Assembly (NCBI GenBank): GCA_013239625.1 | Contig: MU054323.1 | Span: forward strand, 2,902,161 to 2,966,160 | Reading direction: 5' to 3' | From: Lama guanicoe | Lineage: Eukaryota | DNA length: 64,000 nucleotides | Shown: positions 25,736 to 37,050 of the stretch, piece by piece | Layout: each line of letters starts with the position of its first letter | How positions within the stretch are numbered: the stretch's first letter is position 1 | Translations under genes and position numbers: made by a program | Notes under the pieces: generated by a model | The model's input: the letters and a program-made list of their open reading frames with translations, nothing else | Databases searched by the model: none | What the model was told of the DNA's origin: nothing

Positions 25736-26573
25736 AAAGATAATTATTAGTTTCAGAAAATCATTCAATTAACTTGAATTAATTTAATCTAAAATTGCAA
25801 GGAGCCATGAAAACATACTAATGTGCACTTAGAAGGTTTATGGGTACAACGCAAAAATTCAACTTTGGAAAAATGAAGTTAAAATGGTTCAATGATAATG
25901 TTCAATTAACATTTTAGTTTGAATATGAAAGACTAAAAATCATTAAGACTAGAAGAGTAACATTTGTGAAAATCATCATTTTGGAATATTTATATAAAAA
26001 GTTCAATTGGATTTGAAATCCAATAAAATTAATATAAGGAACTTCAACATTGCATCTACCATTAAAAAAAAGCAAAGGAAAATCTGTTATATTTAAAGAT
26101 TGGATCATACCCTTGACATGGTAATTTTACCTTTAAAGAGACGGAACAACCTGTATTACAGTTAAGGGGAAAAAAGGGTTTCTATCCACTGGAGAACAAT
26201 AAATTGATATTGTAAACCCTTCTACCATTTGCTGTAACATCAAGCAACTGTTATTTCTTGGAGAATTTGTGTGAATATCATTTATATTAAAGAGCGACTA
26301 TTAAGAATTTGAAGAGATCACATTAAAAAACATCATTGAGGATTTGTGTGCAGCCATTTCAAGCATAAAGAATACTTTTTAAAAGTTACGTTCAAAGAAG
26401 TGAGTTAAAAATAATAAAATGTATTTGTTATAGTTTCCCTAATGATCCATATATTAATTTTTTGCCATACTTACAGAATGCGATAAATGTTTTTTCCAAG
26501 CCTTTTATAGATGCTTCCAAATCCTGTCGGAGTTATTCTGTACACATATTTTCATTTTCTGGGTTTTCCCTAC

Positions 26574-27001
26574 TGTGATGATCAGTTTTATGTGTCAACA
26601 TGACTGTGCCATGGGATGCCCAGATTTAAACATTATTTCTGTGAGGATGCTTCTGGATGAGACTAGTATTTCAATCAATGGGTGCAGTAAAGTAGATTGT
26701 CTTCCTCAGTGTGTGTGGTCACCATTCAATTTGTTAAGGATCTGAAGGGAGGATGTGTTTCCTTCTTGCCTGACTGCTGAGCTGAGACATCAGTTTCTCC
26801 TGCCTTTGAACTGGTTTAAGCTTCTCCAGTTTTCAAGCCTTTGATCTGGGTCTGGAATTACACCACTGGCTTTCCTGGGTCTCCAGCTTGCAGATGGCAG
26901 GTGGTGGGACTTCCCAACCTGCATAGTCACATAAGCCAATTCCTCATAATAAATCCCCTCTGTATCTTATTGGTCCTGTTTCTCTGGAGAACCCCAATAC
27001 A
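26574..27001 (+). mobile_element. MLT2-type (ERVL) solo LTR
   Basis: TG...CA ends; tgtgatg...ttttatgtgtcaac...ctgggtctccagcttgcagatggcag...ctgtttctctggagaacc; near-TSD cctac/catac. Confidence 0.85.
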
Positions 27002-27878
27002 CATACCTTAAAAATATAGAAGCACTGACTTAATCCAAAAGTCTTGTTTTACAGGTGGGAAAAAAGAACTATCCAAAGAGGTTTTGTTTCACGAATTAGA
27101 ATTAAACCAAAATCTGAATCCAGAACTCCCTACTTCCCCCACCCCCAGCCAGCATCACTCTGGTTGGTGCATTAGGTAGCAACGTAGCATTTGTGTCTAA
27201 CAAACGTGGATGCTTTTCTCCATCATCTCAAAGCCCTCCCTCACCTTGTCTCCAGTCATGCCACGCTTCCAAACTGGAACACCCTCCAGTTCCCCAGTCC
27301 ATCTACTGGACTCTTTCTCATCCTTCAAAGAACAACTTAAACGCTACTTCCCTCGCTGTGCAGAGCCAGAGGGCCCTCTCCATCTGAGTTTTTTGGGTGC
27401 TACTCTCTCCGTCATCCACACCCACTCAGTGTTCTTCTCATAACACGATGATTAAATCAGTTCACCCCTCTATTCCATCCCTTTAACTAGGTTGAGTCAG
27501 GGATTGCTTCTAAACTCTCTGCAAATCCTTGGTGCCTCTCGAAAATGCCTTGTAAGTGCTCATCAAATGATCAGCTAGTTAATTAATTACAGACTTAGAA
27601 TACTTCCCATTAAGACCTAGCGTCCTAGACCTGCAGACAAGCTGCAGTTGCAAGACCCAAGCAGGATCACATACTCCAATGTCTCATTCTAGAGACAGAG
27701 CAATGTGGGCCATGTGACCAGAGAGGGGGTCACATGACCAGAAAATGGTAGCCCTGAGACCAAGCTAGGTTTGACTGACTCCATACAAAGTCCATACTGC
27801 TCTGTCTTAATTCTTAAAAGTTTATTGCAAAGATGCTTACTTCATAACCAAAAGAAAGCTAATATTATATTTACTAAC

Positions 27879-27964
27879 TTTTTTTTAAATGGAGGTCCTG
27901 GGGATTGAACCCCAGATCTCATGCATGCTAGGCGGGGCTCTACCACTGAGCTGTACACTTCCCC
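27879..27964 (-). mobile_element. tRNA(Ala)-derived short SINE of camelid type
   Basis: Reverse complement ggggaagtgtacagctcagtggtagagc...gcatgcatgagatctggggttcaatccccaggacctccatttaaaaaaaa carries pol III A and B boxes; TSD-like aagaaagctaatattat / aagaaagctagtatcat. Confidence 0.8.
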
Positions 27965-28269
27965 ACCAAGAAAGCTAGTATCATAAAGGCTTCATAATTC
28001 CAAACTACTTTTTCTTTAACGATCTCAGTATGAACTCTAAATAATTCTTAATAAATGTACTGCCCAGTTTTGAATGGAGATGGCCTCACATTTAACAAAC
28101 TGTCACACATGTGTTTAAAAGGGACCTTAAATTTGGCATCTCTTTTCAGGCTCTGTTCAGCAAGCCTTTTCTAAACCCCTACTAGGTGACACTGTGTGAG
28201 GGGCTGATACCTGCGTAAATGCTAACGAAGCCCAGACTTGAATGAACACTCATTACATTTAGAAAGACA

Positions 28270-28470
28270 GAAGGTGTGGGTTCAAACTGTGGCTTCACCA
28301 CGTGTTAGCTATGTGATCTTGAACAAGTTACCCTGCCCTGCTGGCCCTCAGTTTCCTCAGTCAAACATGGATAAAAATTAACCCTCCCTTGTGTGGTTGT
28401 TAGAAGAGTTAAATAAGTTAATGCTTGTTCTACACCAGTACTTGTAAGAGCTCAAAAAATATTCGTAGTC
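28270..28470. mobile_element. MIR SINE
   Basis: gggttcaaactgtggcttcaccacgtgttagctatgtgatcttgaacaagtta...cctcagtttcctca. Confidence 0.8.
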
Positions 28471-30539
28471 CCTCCTTCTCCTGGGATAACAGTTTGACTT
28501 TCAGTTATTATAAATTAACAAAAGGCAAAAGATCCCCAGCACCTACTACAGGGACTGATCTCCTAAAAACCATACCCCGGGGCTGCAGACCGTGCCTTCT
28601 ACGTAACAGTGCAACCCTGGAAGGACTTAGAGCTTCAGCCAGAAAAGCCACAAGGCGAGAGGCACAGAGGAACACAGCAGTCTCACAGCTGCTTACGATT
28701 GTATGGCACCCTGTGATCTGAAATCCCAGGAAAGGGGCGATCTGGGATTCAGTGGTGCACCCCGGAGCACCCCACAGGACTGACACAGAGAAGAAAACAG
28801 CGCCACACAGGACCAGGCCTGGAGAAAACAACTGCATTATTCTCCAACACAATGAATTTCTAATATGATGGACAGATTAATATTATTAACTTTGGCAAAT
28901 CCACAGCCCTCCATCCTCTTGAGGGTAGAGAAGGGACTTGTTGATTTGGAGAGTCTCCAAAAATAATTTCACGCGAGAAATATTTCTCTTGGATGGTCCC
29001 TCCAGAGGAAGTATGCTAAATTAGACACCGTAACGTGGAAGGATCGTGTAACGGCACTGATGCTTTAGTTGGTTGAAAGGTTAGCATGCCACGTCCTGAA
29101 ACGTGGACTTGTTCAGGATACCAGAGTGAGAGGTAATGAAATTTTACCGTGGGGAGACTGTGACTTTTGAGGAGGAAGATCAAAAGCTCCGTGATAGACC
29201 ACATCAACCTGGATGAGAAGCCAAGACTTAAGTTGCGGAGAACCTCACCCACACAACTTGGGAGGAGGGGTGTATAAAGACCTTCCGTGTGTCTTTGAAA
29301 GGAGAAGCTTCAAGAGACATGAGGAGGAGTTCCAGGTCTGTGGGATAAAACGTCAGAGTTTCCTCCTAAACCACACATGGAGACCCAAGGCCAGAACCTA
29401 GCCCCCTGCCTGAGAAAACGCAGGCCTTCCGTACAGCCAACCAAGGATGGAATAAGCTATCTACCCTCCTCGGAAGCAGCTGCTCATCTTTGACAAACTC
29501 TGCAGGGCCAGAGAGGTCAGGAAATCTTAGAAGTAAGAAATGGAAAGCATCCAAGAGATCACCTTATTTATCCTCCTGACAGTTGGATTGTTCTGTCCAA
29601 ATCTCCCCGCAGTGTTTGATCTACCTCCCGGCTGGGAGGCCCCCATGAAGGGCCACATTCCGCCTGAAGATTCATGCTGTCAGGAAGCATTTCATGATTT
29701 CTGGCCTATTTTCTTCTCCTCTGACTGGCAACACTACAGGTCTGGTCTGAGAGACCAGATGTTTGGTCACAGACTTGGGATCAAACCAAGGAAGGGAAGG
29801 TTGGGAAGCGCCACGGAGCTGTGCACATTTCACCAGCTACCAACAATAAAGAGGGCTTGGAGAGAGAGCAGTCACAGGCGGAGAAGGTCAGGATGCCCCT
29901 GAGAAGCAGGGCTGTGTTACATGTTGGAGGCGCTGGCTCCCAGGAGCTCAGTGACATCTTAGAGGTCTTTGGAAGACCCTCTCTGCCTGCCACCTCCCCC
30001 ACCCTCTCTCCTAATCCCTCTCTTCCTGTTGTAATCTTACCTCCCGGAACTAAAGTCCTTGATCTCACAATGAAAGCGAAATCTTAAAAAGGGAGCCGTG
30101 GTGGCTGACACTGTCACCTGGGGAGAAATACCTGACATCAGCGTCCTTCCACACCCAGTTTTTGACAGACGCACATGCAGTAAACTCTCGAGTTGAAGAG
30201 ATTATGTCTGTCTTGTTTATCATGATATAGTACCGAGCACCTAGTACACGGTCAATAAATACATGTCTGGTTGGATGGAAGGGAAGCGAGGGCACAGGAC
30301 ATCTAAGACAGGAGGAGACACTTCATAAATCAAGTTGTAGAAAGCCAACAGCCAAAATGTGTGGCTGAGGTCCTTGAAGAACCCCTTTATCAACTTTACA
30401 TTTTAACTGCACCCAATAGCCCTCTGAAAAGTGTCTTTGTTTATCATTTTGGGGACAATGGCAACATGCACTTGCCTGCTGGACACTTGGCTGTTGCAAA
30501 GACCAAAATGAAACCATCACCTCTAAGGCAGGACGTATC

Positions 30540-30730
30540 AGCCCAGAAGACAAACTATTCTGCCACTTACCAGATTACTAGTGTAATCGTGGGAGAGTTA
30601 CTTAATTTCTCTGGGCCTTAGTTTTCCTGTCTGTAAAATGGGGATAACTGTACTTACTTTATGGAGTCACTGTAAGATTAAGTGCTTAGGTCCAAGCCTA
30701 TGGTTCAATAAGTGCTAAATGTTAGTTCTG
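30540..30730. mobile_element. MIR SINE
   Basis: agttacttaatttctctgggccttagttttcctgtctgtaaaatggggataa. Confidence 0.8.
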
Positions 30731-30749
30731 TTATTTTCCCCTCTCTTCT

Positions 30750-31360
30750 ATCCCCAAAGCTGCATTTCTTCTGGTGCTGCTCCCTGTTCCAGGAAATACT
30801 ATCACCATCCACTCAAACAACCAAACCAGAAAATCCAATGTCATCCCAGCCTCCTCCTGGTCACTGTCTATCACCCACCTCCAGTCCCTAGTCTTTAGTC
30901 TTCCAAAGGCCACCGTATTCATCTCTCTTGCCATTTTTCATCACTAGCTCTTGGTTCAGGCCCCAAACTTCTCTTACTGGATTATACAGTATTATTCCCT
31001 GGATTCCTGGCCTGTCCCTCTTCAACCCATCTTCCACAGTGCTTCTAAATAAAGATCTGATCACGCCACTCTCTTCTTAAATCCACCAGCAATTTCCATG
31101 CATCATAACTCCAATTTTCCCTTCAAAACTCAGTTAATCTAGTCTCACTGCCCACAGTAATTTACATCCTTCTCTTCCTGATAATACCCAGAACACAGTG
31201 TTTCAAAGCACTAAGGATGCTATTCTCTGCCTCCCCAACTAGGCTGTAAGCCCCTCGAGGGCAGCGCCACGTCTTTCACTCTGATTCTCTAAAACTGAGA
31301 ACAGGACCTGGCACATCATAGGTGCTCAGAGGTATTTGTCAGATGGACAGAATGATGGGT
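30750..31360 (-). mobile_element. L2 LINE fragment
   Basis: caccatccactcaaacaaccaaaccagaaaat...atctgatcacgccactct...ctgtaagcccctcgagggcag...cctggcacatcataggtgctca. Confidence 0.7.
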
Positions 31361-32699
31361 GGAGGGCAAATCAGGAGAAGAGACTCCTCCAGAACACTCA
31401 TCAGACCACTAGGGAGAGAGTCAAAGCCAAAAGATTTCCTGCGGTCAAAAGAAGAAAGACCATGGATCCGACAGGAAAAAATGACTTTGTTAGAATAGTC
31501 TCACTTAAGGGGCAGGAGAATATTGAGGAAAGACTTTCAGATTGGGTTTCAAATAGGAGACACCAGAACACCAAAAAAAAAAAAAAAAAAAAAAACAACA
31601 ACTAACACAAACAGAAGTGAACCCAGGAAAGAGACCCAGATGATCACTATTAATTACCCTGTCATTTTAATTCATTGTACTCTAGCATAAGCCAAACTAA
31701 TTAGGTCTTATTTTGCAAACAAAAATTTCATGGACTGCTACATTAAATTCTTCTCTAATAGGTAGCATCTGCTGCATTTATTTCATCCATTAATTTTGTA
31801 ACCTCCAAAACAAACATTAGGCTCATGTGATGTGATTCAGACAGTAGAGATGAGCTTGCAGCCTGGGGGTGCATGGCATTCCTAGACCCCAAGTCAGCCA
31901 CTCGTCCTGGACCGCCTGCCCAGTCTAGATGGACGGTGGCCAGTGAGCCCAGCCCCTGGAAGGCAGTGCTTACACAGAAGAGAAGCCCAGTCATTCTCCC
32001 ATGGAGTGTGCATTCAGAATTCCCCCACCTGTTGTTAGGTATGAGGATCTGGCTTCAAACATGGTAGGAGCCTAGAGAAAGGAGTGGTACCTAGGGTACC
32101 TGGTCTAATCAGAGGTGGCTTCCTGGATAAGAGGGGACTGGGACAGGGTCTTGAAAGATGGTCGTATGGGAACAGCAAGGAGCCTTTTCGACCTATAATA
32201 CAATCAGAGAGCAAGGTGGAAAGTGGGAGCCACGATTCTCTTTTTACATCCCCAGTTCTGGTCTTTCCAAGATGGAAGGTCTTAGCCCCGACACCATGAA
32301 CAAATCTGAAGAGCAACAATGGTCACAGTTCAGAAACTACCGTTGTCACCGAGTATACTGTGCCCCTCACCTCCACCATGTGACACGGGAGCAGGCAACA
32401 AGGTTGCCAGACAGCTAAGGTGCAGACCTCTCTGAGGGCACTCGGCATGCCCAGTCTATGCTGGCCAGGCTGCAGGGATACAGAGAGGCAGACAGCCTGG
32501 ACCTTGGACTTGGCAAAGAGATGAGTCTCAGATACAGAGTAAAAATGTCAAAAGGAATGAACTCCGGCCCTAACATGGATCTCATGCAGCATTGTTGTGT
32601 CTTTTTGGGGTTCCAGGAGATGCTCCTGTAAAGCACAGAAGCTTTGCCTCTGCACCCAGCTACCCCCAGCTGTGACCATTCTCCTGGACGTGGGAAGGT

Positions 32700-33160
32700 G
32701 GTGCCCTTTGCCCTTCGGGTTCCCTGGCCCACATCTTTTGGGCTGGTGCAGACTCACCTAATGCTGACATTTGCTGCCAGAAGCTCCTGCCACAATTCAT
32801 CCACTTTCTGCCCCGGCACTTCTTTGCCCTGTATCCCTCAGGAGCCCAGGAGACAAGCATGCCTGTGTAGCCGGAAGTACAGCAAGTTCCTGACCAGGGG
32901 ACCTCAAGCAACGAGCAAGAGGAGCCCAGGATTCTCTCTCCAGGCCAATCCTTGGGGGCAGTCGGGAGGGGACTCCTGATGACTGAGCTCTAGCCGCCCT
33001 CAGTGGTGCCCTTGATAATGGAGCCTCGTGTGGCTTATCCTCTTCCCTCATGTTACCCAGTCCTCGCCCCTGTTTCCTAGAATTACCTTCCAAGTCAACC
33101 ACCCTGCAAATCCTTGTCTCAGGCTCTGGTTTCAAAGAAGAACCAACCCACAATGAGACC
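32700..33160 (+). mobile_element. LTR16/LTR33-like ERVL solo LTR
   Basis: ccggaagt...gagctctagccgccctcagtgg...ttcctagaattaccttccaa...caaatccttgtctcaggctctggtttc. Confidence 0.65.
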
Positions 33161-34659
33161 ATGCCTCTGCTACTGTAGGAAATAACTTTACAAAAGCAAC
33201 TCTGCCCATGGGCATGAGCTGCACCCCCATGGAGAGATCGGTCCCTGAGTGACAGACCTGAACTAGCCCAGTCCTGCCTAGGAGAAAGCACTGGTGAGCA
33301 TTCCCAGATGGTCCACCTCTAGAGCTTACAAGATCTTTTGCTTTTCCCTAATAATAGCTTATATTTTTAAAAAACTTAAATAATATTAAAAAAACTTTTT
33401 GTGATTTTTGCTTTTTGATGTCAAAAGCAGTAAGAGTTGTGTTAAAAGCCTTTGGTAAATCTATGGCTAATAGATGCATGGTGTTACTGGGCAAACTGCT
33501 GTAACCGTGATAGTTGCGTCTGTGATAAAAAGCAAAAAAGTGGCCCTCGAGTTTTATTTCACAATCATAGGCAGTCTGCATGTCAGGAGGTCTGGATTCC
33601 ATGTCCAGATGGCATTTCACTCTCTGGGTGACCCTGGGCTTGTTCCATTATGATTTCTGGCCCCTTGGTTTCCTACAGGTCATCTGAGAATAAAAGTACA
33701 TGAGGTGACACATGTGAGGAAATACAAGTGATTCTGAAGAAATACAATTCATTTTCATTGTCTTTGTTAGAATTCCATGACTCTGGAGTCAAAGTACAGC
33801 AACAGATGCACTAACAACTGAATTTTATCCACTCATTCACTCTGTTGGCAAATAGGAGTTAGGAGCCAGCTCTGTGCCGGGCCCTCTTCTCCGTGCTGGG
33901 GGTCGGGGTGAACAGGAGAGACACGGGCACGCCTGCGCACTCATGTCAGGAGCTCGCTCCCTAGCTGGAAATTGAGTCACGCAGCAGACGTCTAAGAAGG
34001 ACTGCTTTCGGAATGACACTTCTGCTTCAGAGCCCTCCCACGAGCCACGAGACTGGCATTTGCTGGCAATGATTTCCTGTCACACACACCCACACTTTTC
34101 CACTCTTCACCTGAAAACTCCGCCCTGTCCTCTGATTGGTTGGTGTGTCTTACCTACTTAAAGGGAAGCCCTGTGAAAGCAGGAGCTATACCTGTGTTGC
34201 TTACCATTATACACTCAAGCCCTGGGAGAGAATGGGACACAGATCAGTAAGTATCTGCGGAAGGAAGGAATGAATGAAAAGTAAAGAGCATATCTAGTGG
34301 CCCAAGGGTAGGAGTGTGTGTGAAATACGAAGTCACTGTAAGAAGACTCGTGTGATATCGCAGAGGAAGATGCCCCAAGCAAAGCAGGGCACCCTTCGTA
34401 TTGACAGCACGGCTCCAGTTCACAGTTTGAGCAAGTATGCTTAGTCTGTCCCTTTTAAAAATCAGAAACACTTTCAAGCACTGGAAATCAGAGAGAGAGA
34501 GATGGGGACAGAGACAAAGAAAGAGAGAGAGAGGCTGGGGCAGGATGGGGGGACAGTTTTTTTCTGCTAGAACCTAAGTCTATTTATACCATCTATCAAA
34601 GTCTTCTCATTCAGAAATGAAAATACTATATCCATCAGACTACTGAGTATAAATAAAAA

Positions 34660-35045
34660 CAGGTAACCCTTGAACAACATGGATTTGAACTGCATAAGCC
34701 CACTTATACATGAATTGTTTTCAATAAATATATTGGATTTGGTTGAGATTTGAAATTATTTGAAAAACCTTGCAGATGAACAATATGCCCTAGAAATATT
34801 GAAAAAAATTAAGAAATGGTTAGGTCATGAAAAATTAAGAAAAGGTTATGTCATGAGTACATAAAATATATGTCTATAAACATATACAAAATATGTTAAT
34901 CAGCTGTTTATGTTATCAGTAAAGTTTCCAATCAACAGCAGTTAAGCTTCAGGAGAGTTGAAAGTTATATGTGACTTTCGACTGACTGCATGATGGTGGG
35001 GAGGTGTCAGCACCCCTATCTCCCACACTGTTCCAGGGTCAACTG
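34660..35045. mobile_element. Tigger2-derived MITE (TcMar-Tigger) with terminal inverted repeats
   Basis: Left caggtaacccttgaacaacatggatttgaactgc; right tgttccagggtcaactg followed by TA. Confidence 0.85.
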
Positions 35046-35079
35046 TACTCAGTATGTGTTTGAAGGACACTGATCACCA

Positions 35080-35400
35080 GAGTAGCCAGAGGGTGACTAG
35101 GTGAATATCCTAGAATCCATGTCATATGAAGAGTGGGTTGAGGGAAAGTTGGTTTACTGGGGAGAAGAAAATTTAAAGGATACACGACATCTGTTATGAA
35201 GTTTCTGGCAGACTGTCATATATAACAGAAGTAAATGTCTTAGCGTGGTTCAAAAGCAAAGAATTAAAACCAGTGGATAAGAGGTACAGGATACAGATTT
35301 TGGTGAAATGTAAGGACAACGTTTCTAGGGACTAGAACAATCCAATAATGGGAGTGGCTACCCCACACGAACAGACAGGGTAACCCTGTGCTGCTCAAGG
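35080..35400 (+). mobile_element. CR1/L3 LINE 3' fragment
   Basis: ccatgtcatatgaagagtgggttgaggga...ggagaagaaaatttaaagga...cagattttggtgaaatgtaaggacaacgtttct. Confidence 0.6.
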
Positions 35401-36091
35401 TAAACCCATGACTGGTTGTTGAACTGTTGCTACTGCCTGGTGATGAGGTACTTACAGAAAGAGAGAGAGCATTTGGAAACATCTGAAGTAATTGGCTGTT
35501 GCTGCAACATCCAAGCATGGACGCATCTGGTTGACCAGGGTAGAGACTGGTTTTTGTCAAACTCTTCTGGTGAGTCAAATGCGGCCTGAGCTGGGTCTAA
35601 GTCATGCACTAGGGCCATGTTACAATGTGGATATCTCAGCATTCGTCTGTCACCCTGAAAGTACTATACAATCTAGAATCGAATGCATTCATTAATTAAA
35701 GATTATTCAATTTACCTGTAACTTTCAGGATAAAATTGTTGCAAATTGATGAGAAGTTGAAGATACATTTTTCAAACACAGTATTCCTGGGGTTCATTTT
35801 GAGTAAAAGTTAAATAATTAAATAAAAGTCCAGACTACATGTATAGGTATTTAATATATGAACTCTCTATTGTCCTCACAACTTACTGTCCTACTACAGA
35901 ATGGCAAATATTTGCTAGTGTAAAAGCTATTCTTTATATTTCTCACCTAAATGCACACCTGTAATAAACATGTACAGTTTTTATTTCTCCTATATCTGTT
36001 TTGATGACATTTATTGAAACATAATTTTACATCTGTGGAATTTAACAGTAAAAGATTATGGCTTGTATATTTGTGTTTTTTGTTTTTTCAG

Positions 36092-36252
36092 TAATTCATC
36101 CCCCATTGCATTTTACAAGTGTCAGTTTGTACTGGATTGGAGATTTCTTAGCCGCATAAAGAGAAGCACTGAAGTAGATGTCCCAGCAGAGCTGGAGGAC
36201 CCAGTGCAACCAGAGCTGGAGGCAAGCTGGGAACAGCCGCTTCAGGAGGCAG
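36092..36252 (+). other. Candidate 161-nt exon on the plus strand, coding status unknown
   Basis: Acceptor ttgtgttttttgttttttcag|; donor CAG|gtgaca; sharp switch from an AT-rich flank to purine-rich sequence. Confidence 0.3.
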
Positions 36253-36469
36253 GTGACAGTAACCAACACAGTCCCTTGGTACTGTGTCTCGATACATAGG
36301 CCCTCAGGGTTCACACTAACCCTGAACTCACGGATTCAGTTGGTAAAGTGCACACAATTATAAATACCAAATCCATGAATCATGTAAGTTGCAAACTGAT
36401 TAAAAAAAAAATCCCCTGTAGTCCAGGGGAGGCAAGATTGTTGAGGCTCAAAACCATGGTAGACGAATA

Positions 36470-36850
36470 AGGCTTAACAGAAATAGAGCTTTTTAGCCTT
36501 GAAAAGTTAAAACCTCAAGAACACGTCATCACTGTCTTCAGAAGACCTTACGATGATCACGGCAGAAGCTAAGGGAATTCTAAGAGGTAGGCTGAAAGGA
36601 TCCAAGTGGTAAAACTACAGTTTACAAGCAGAAGGTACAGAAAGGCAGATAACTGACGCAGAAAAGAATTTCCCAAACATCACAACTGCCCAGAAGTGAA
36701 GAAAGCTGCCTCATGCAGGAATGAGCTCGCTGGCCCTCTCACCCTAGTTCTCAAACAGACCAGGGAAGTTTGGGAGCCGAAGAGAGGGTTCCTGTACAGC
36801 AGGGAAGAACCTGCATTTTACCAGGTTCTTTGTAAATTCTCCAGGGACTG
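36470..36850 (+). mobile_element. CR1/L3 LINE 3' fragment
   Basis: gagctttttagccttgaaaag...cactgtcttca...gaaaagaatttcccaaacatc...aaagctgcctcatgcaggaatgagctc. Confidence 0.55.
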
Positions 36851-36869
36851 TGCTAAGCCTTCTGCCTTC

Positions 36870-37050
36870 TGCTGTGTGGTATTTCCATTCTAACCTCAAG
36901 GAAAATATGGGAAGTAGGTATTGTTATCCCCACTTTATAAATAAGAAACCAGAAGCTCAGTGGTTAAATAATATGACCAGAGACACACAGAGATGTCAAG
37001 CGAGAGTCTCCGGCTGCTGACTCCACGCTTAACCCAGAACACGACACTGT
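36870..37050. mobile_element. MIR SINE
   Basis: gaagtaggtattgttatccccactttataaataagaaaccagaagctcag. Confidence 0.7.

Larger units (their letters stand above)
21905..26420 (+). mobile_element. Decayed Charlie-type hAT DNA transposon (transposase pseudogene), interrupted by two L1s
   Basis: Collinear translated motifs: PQPKCLLCLENIVNGAM (22082, BED-finger CxxC), LFCK (22606), FIHTE (22815), WLPKGRILK (22966), FNLKLQG (25783), KIQLWKN (25854), WI*NP, LLPFA (26219); order matches Charlie/ZBED5-like transposases. Confidence 0.75.

Noticed and set aside
27879..27964. Possible tRNA-Ala gene
   Set aside because: Stems are degenerate, and it has an A-tail and TSD-like flanks, so it is a SINE.
31574..31604. 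Poly-A run as a retrocopy tail
   Set aside because: No upstream poly(A) signal, TSD or recognisable parent transcript; treated as a simple repeat.
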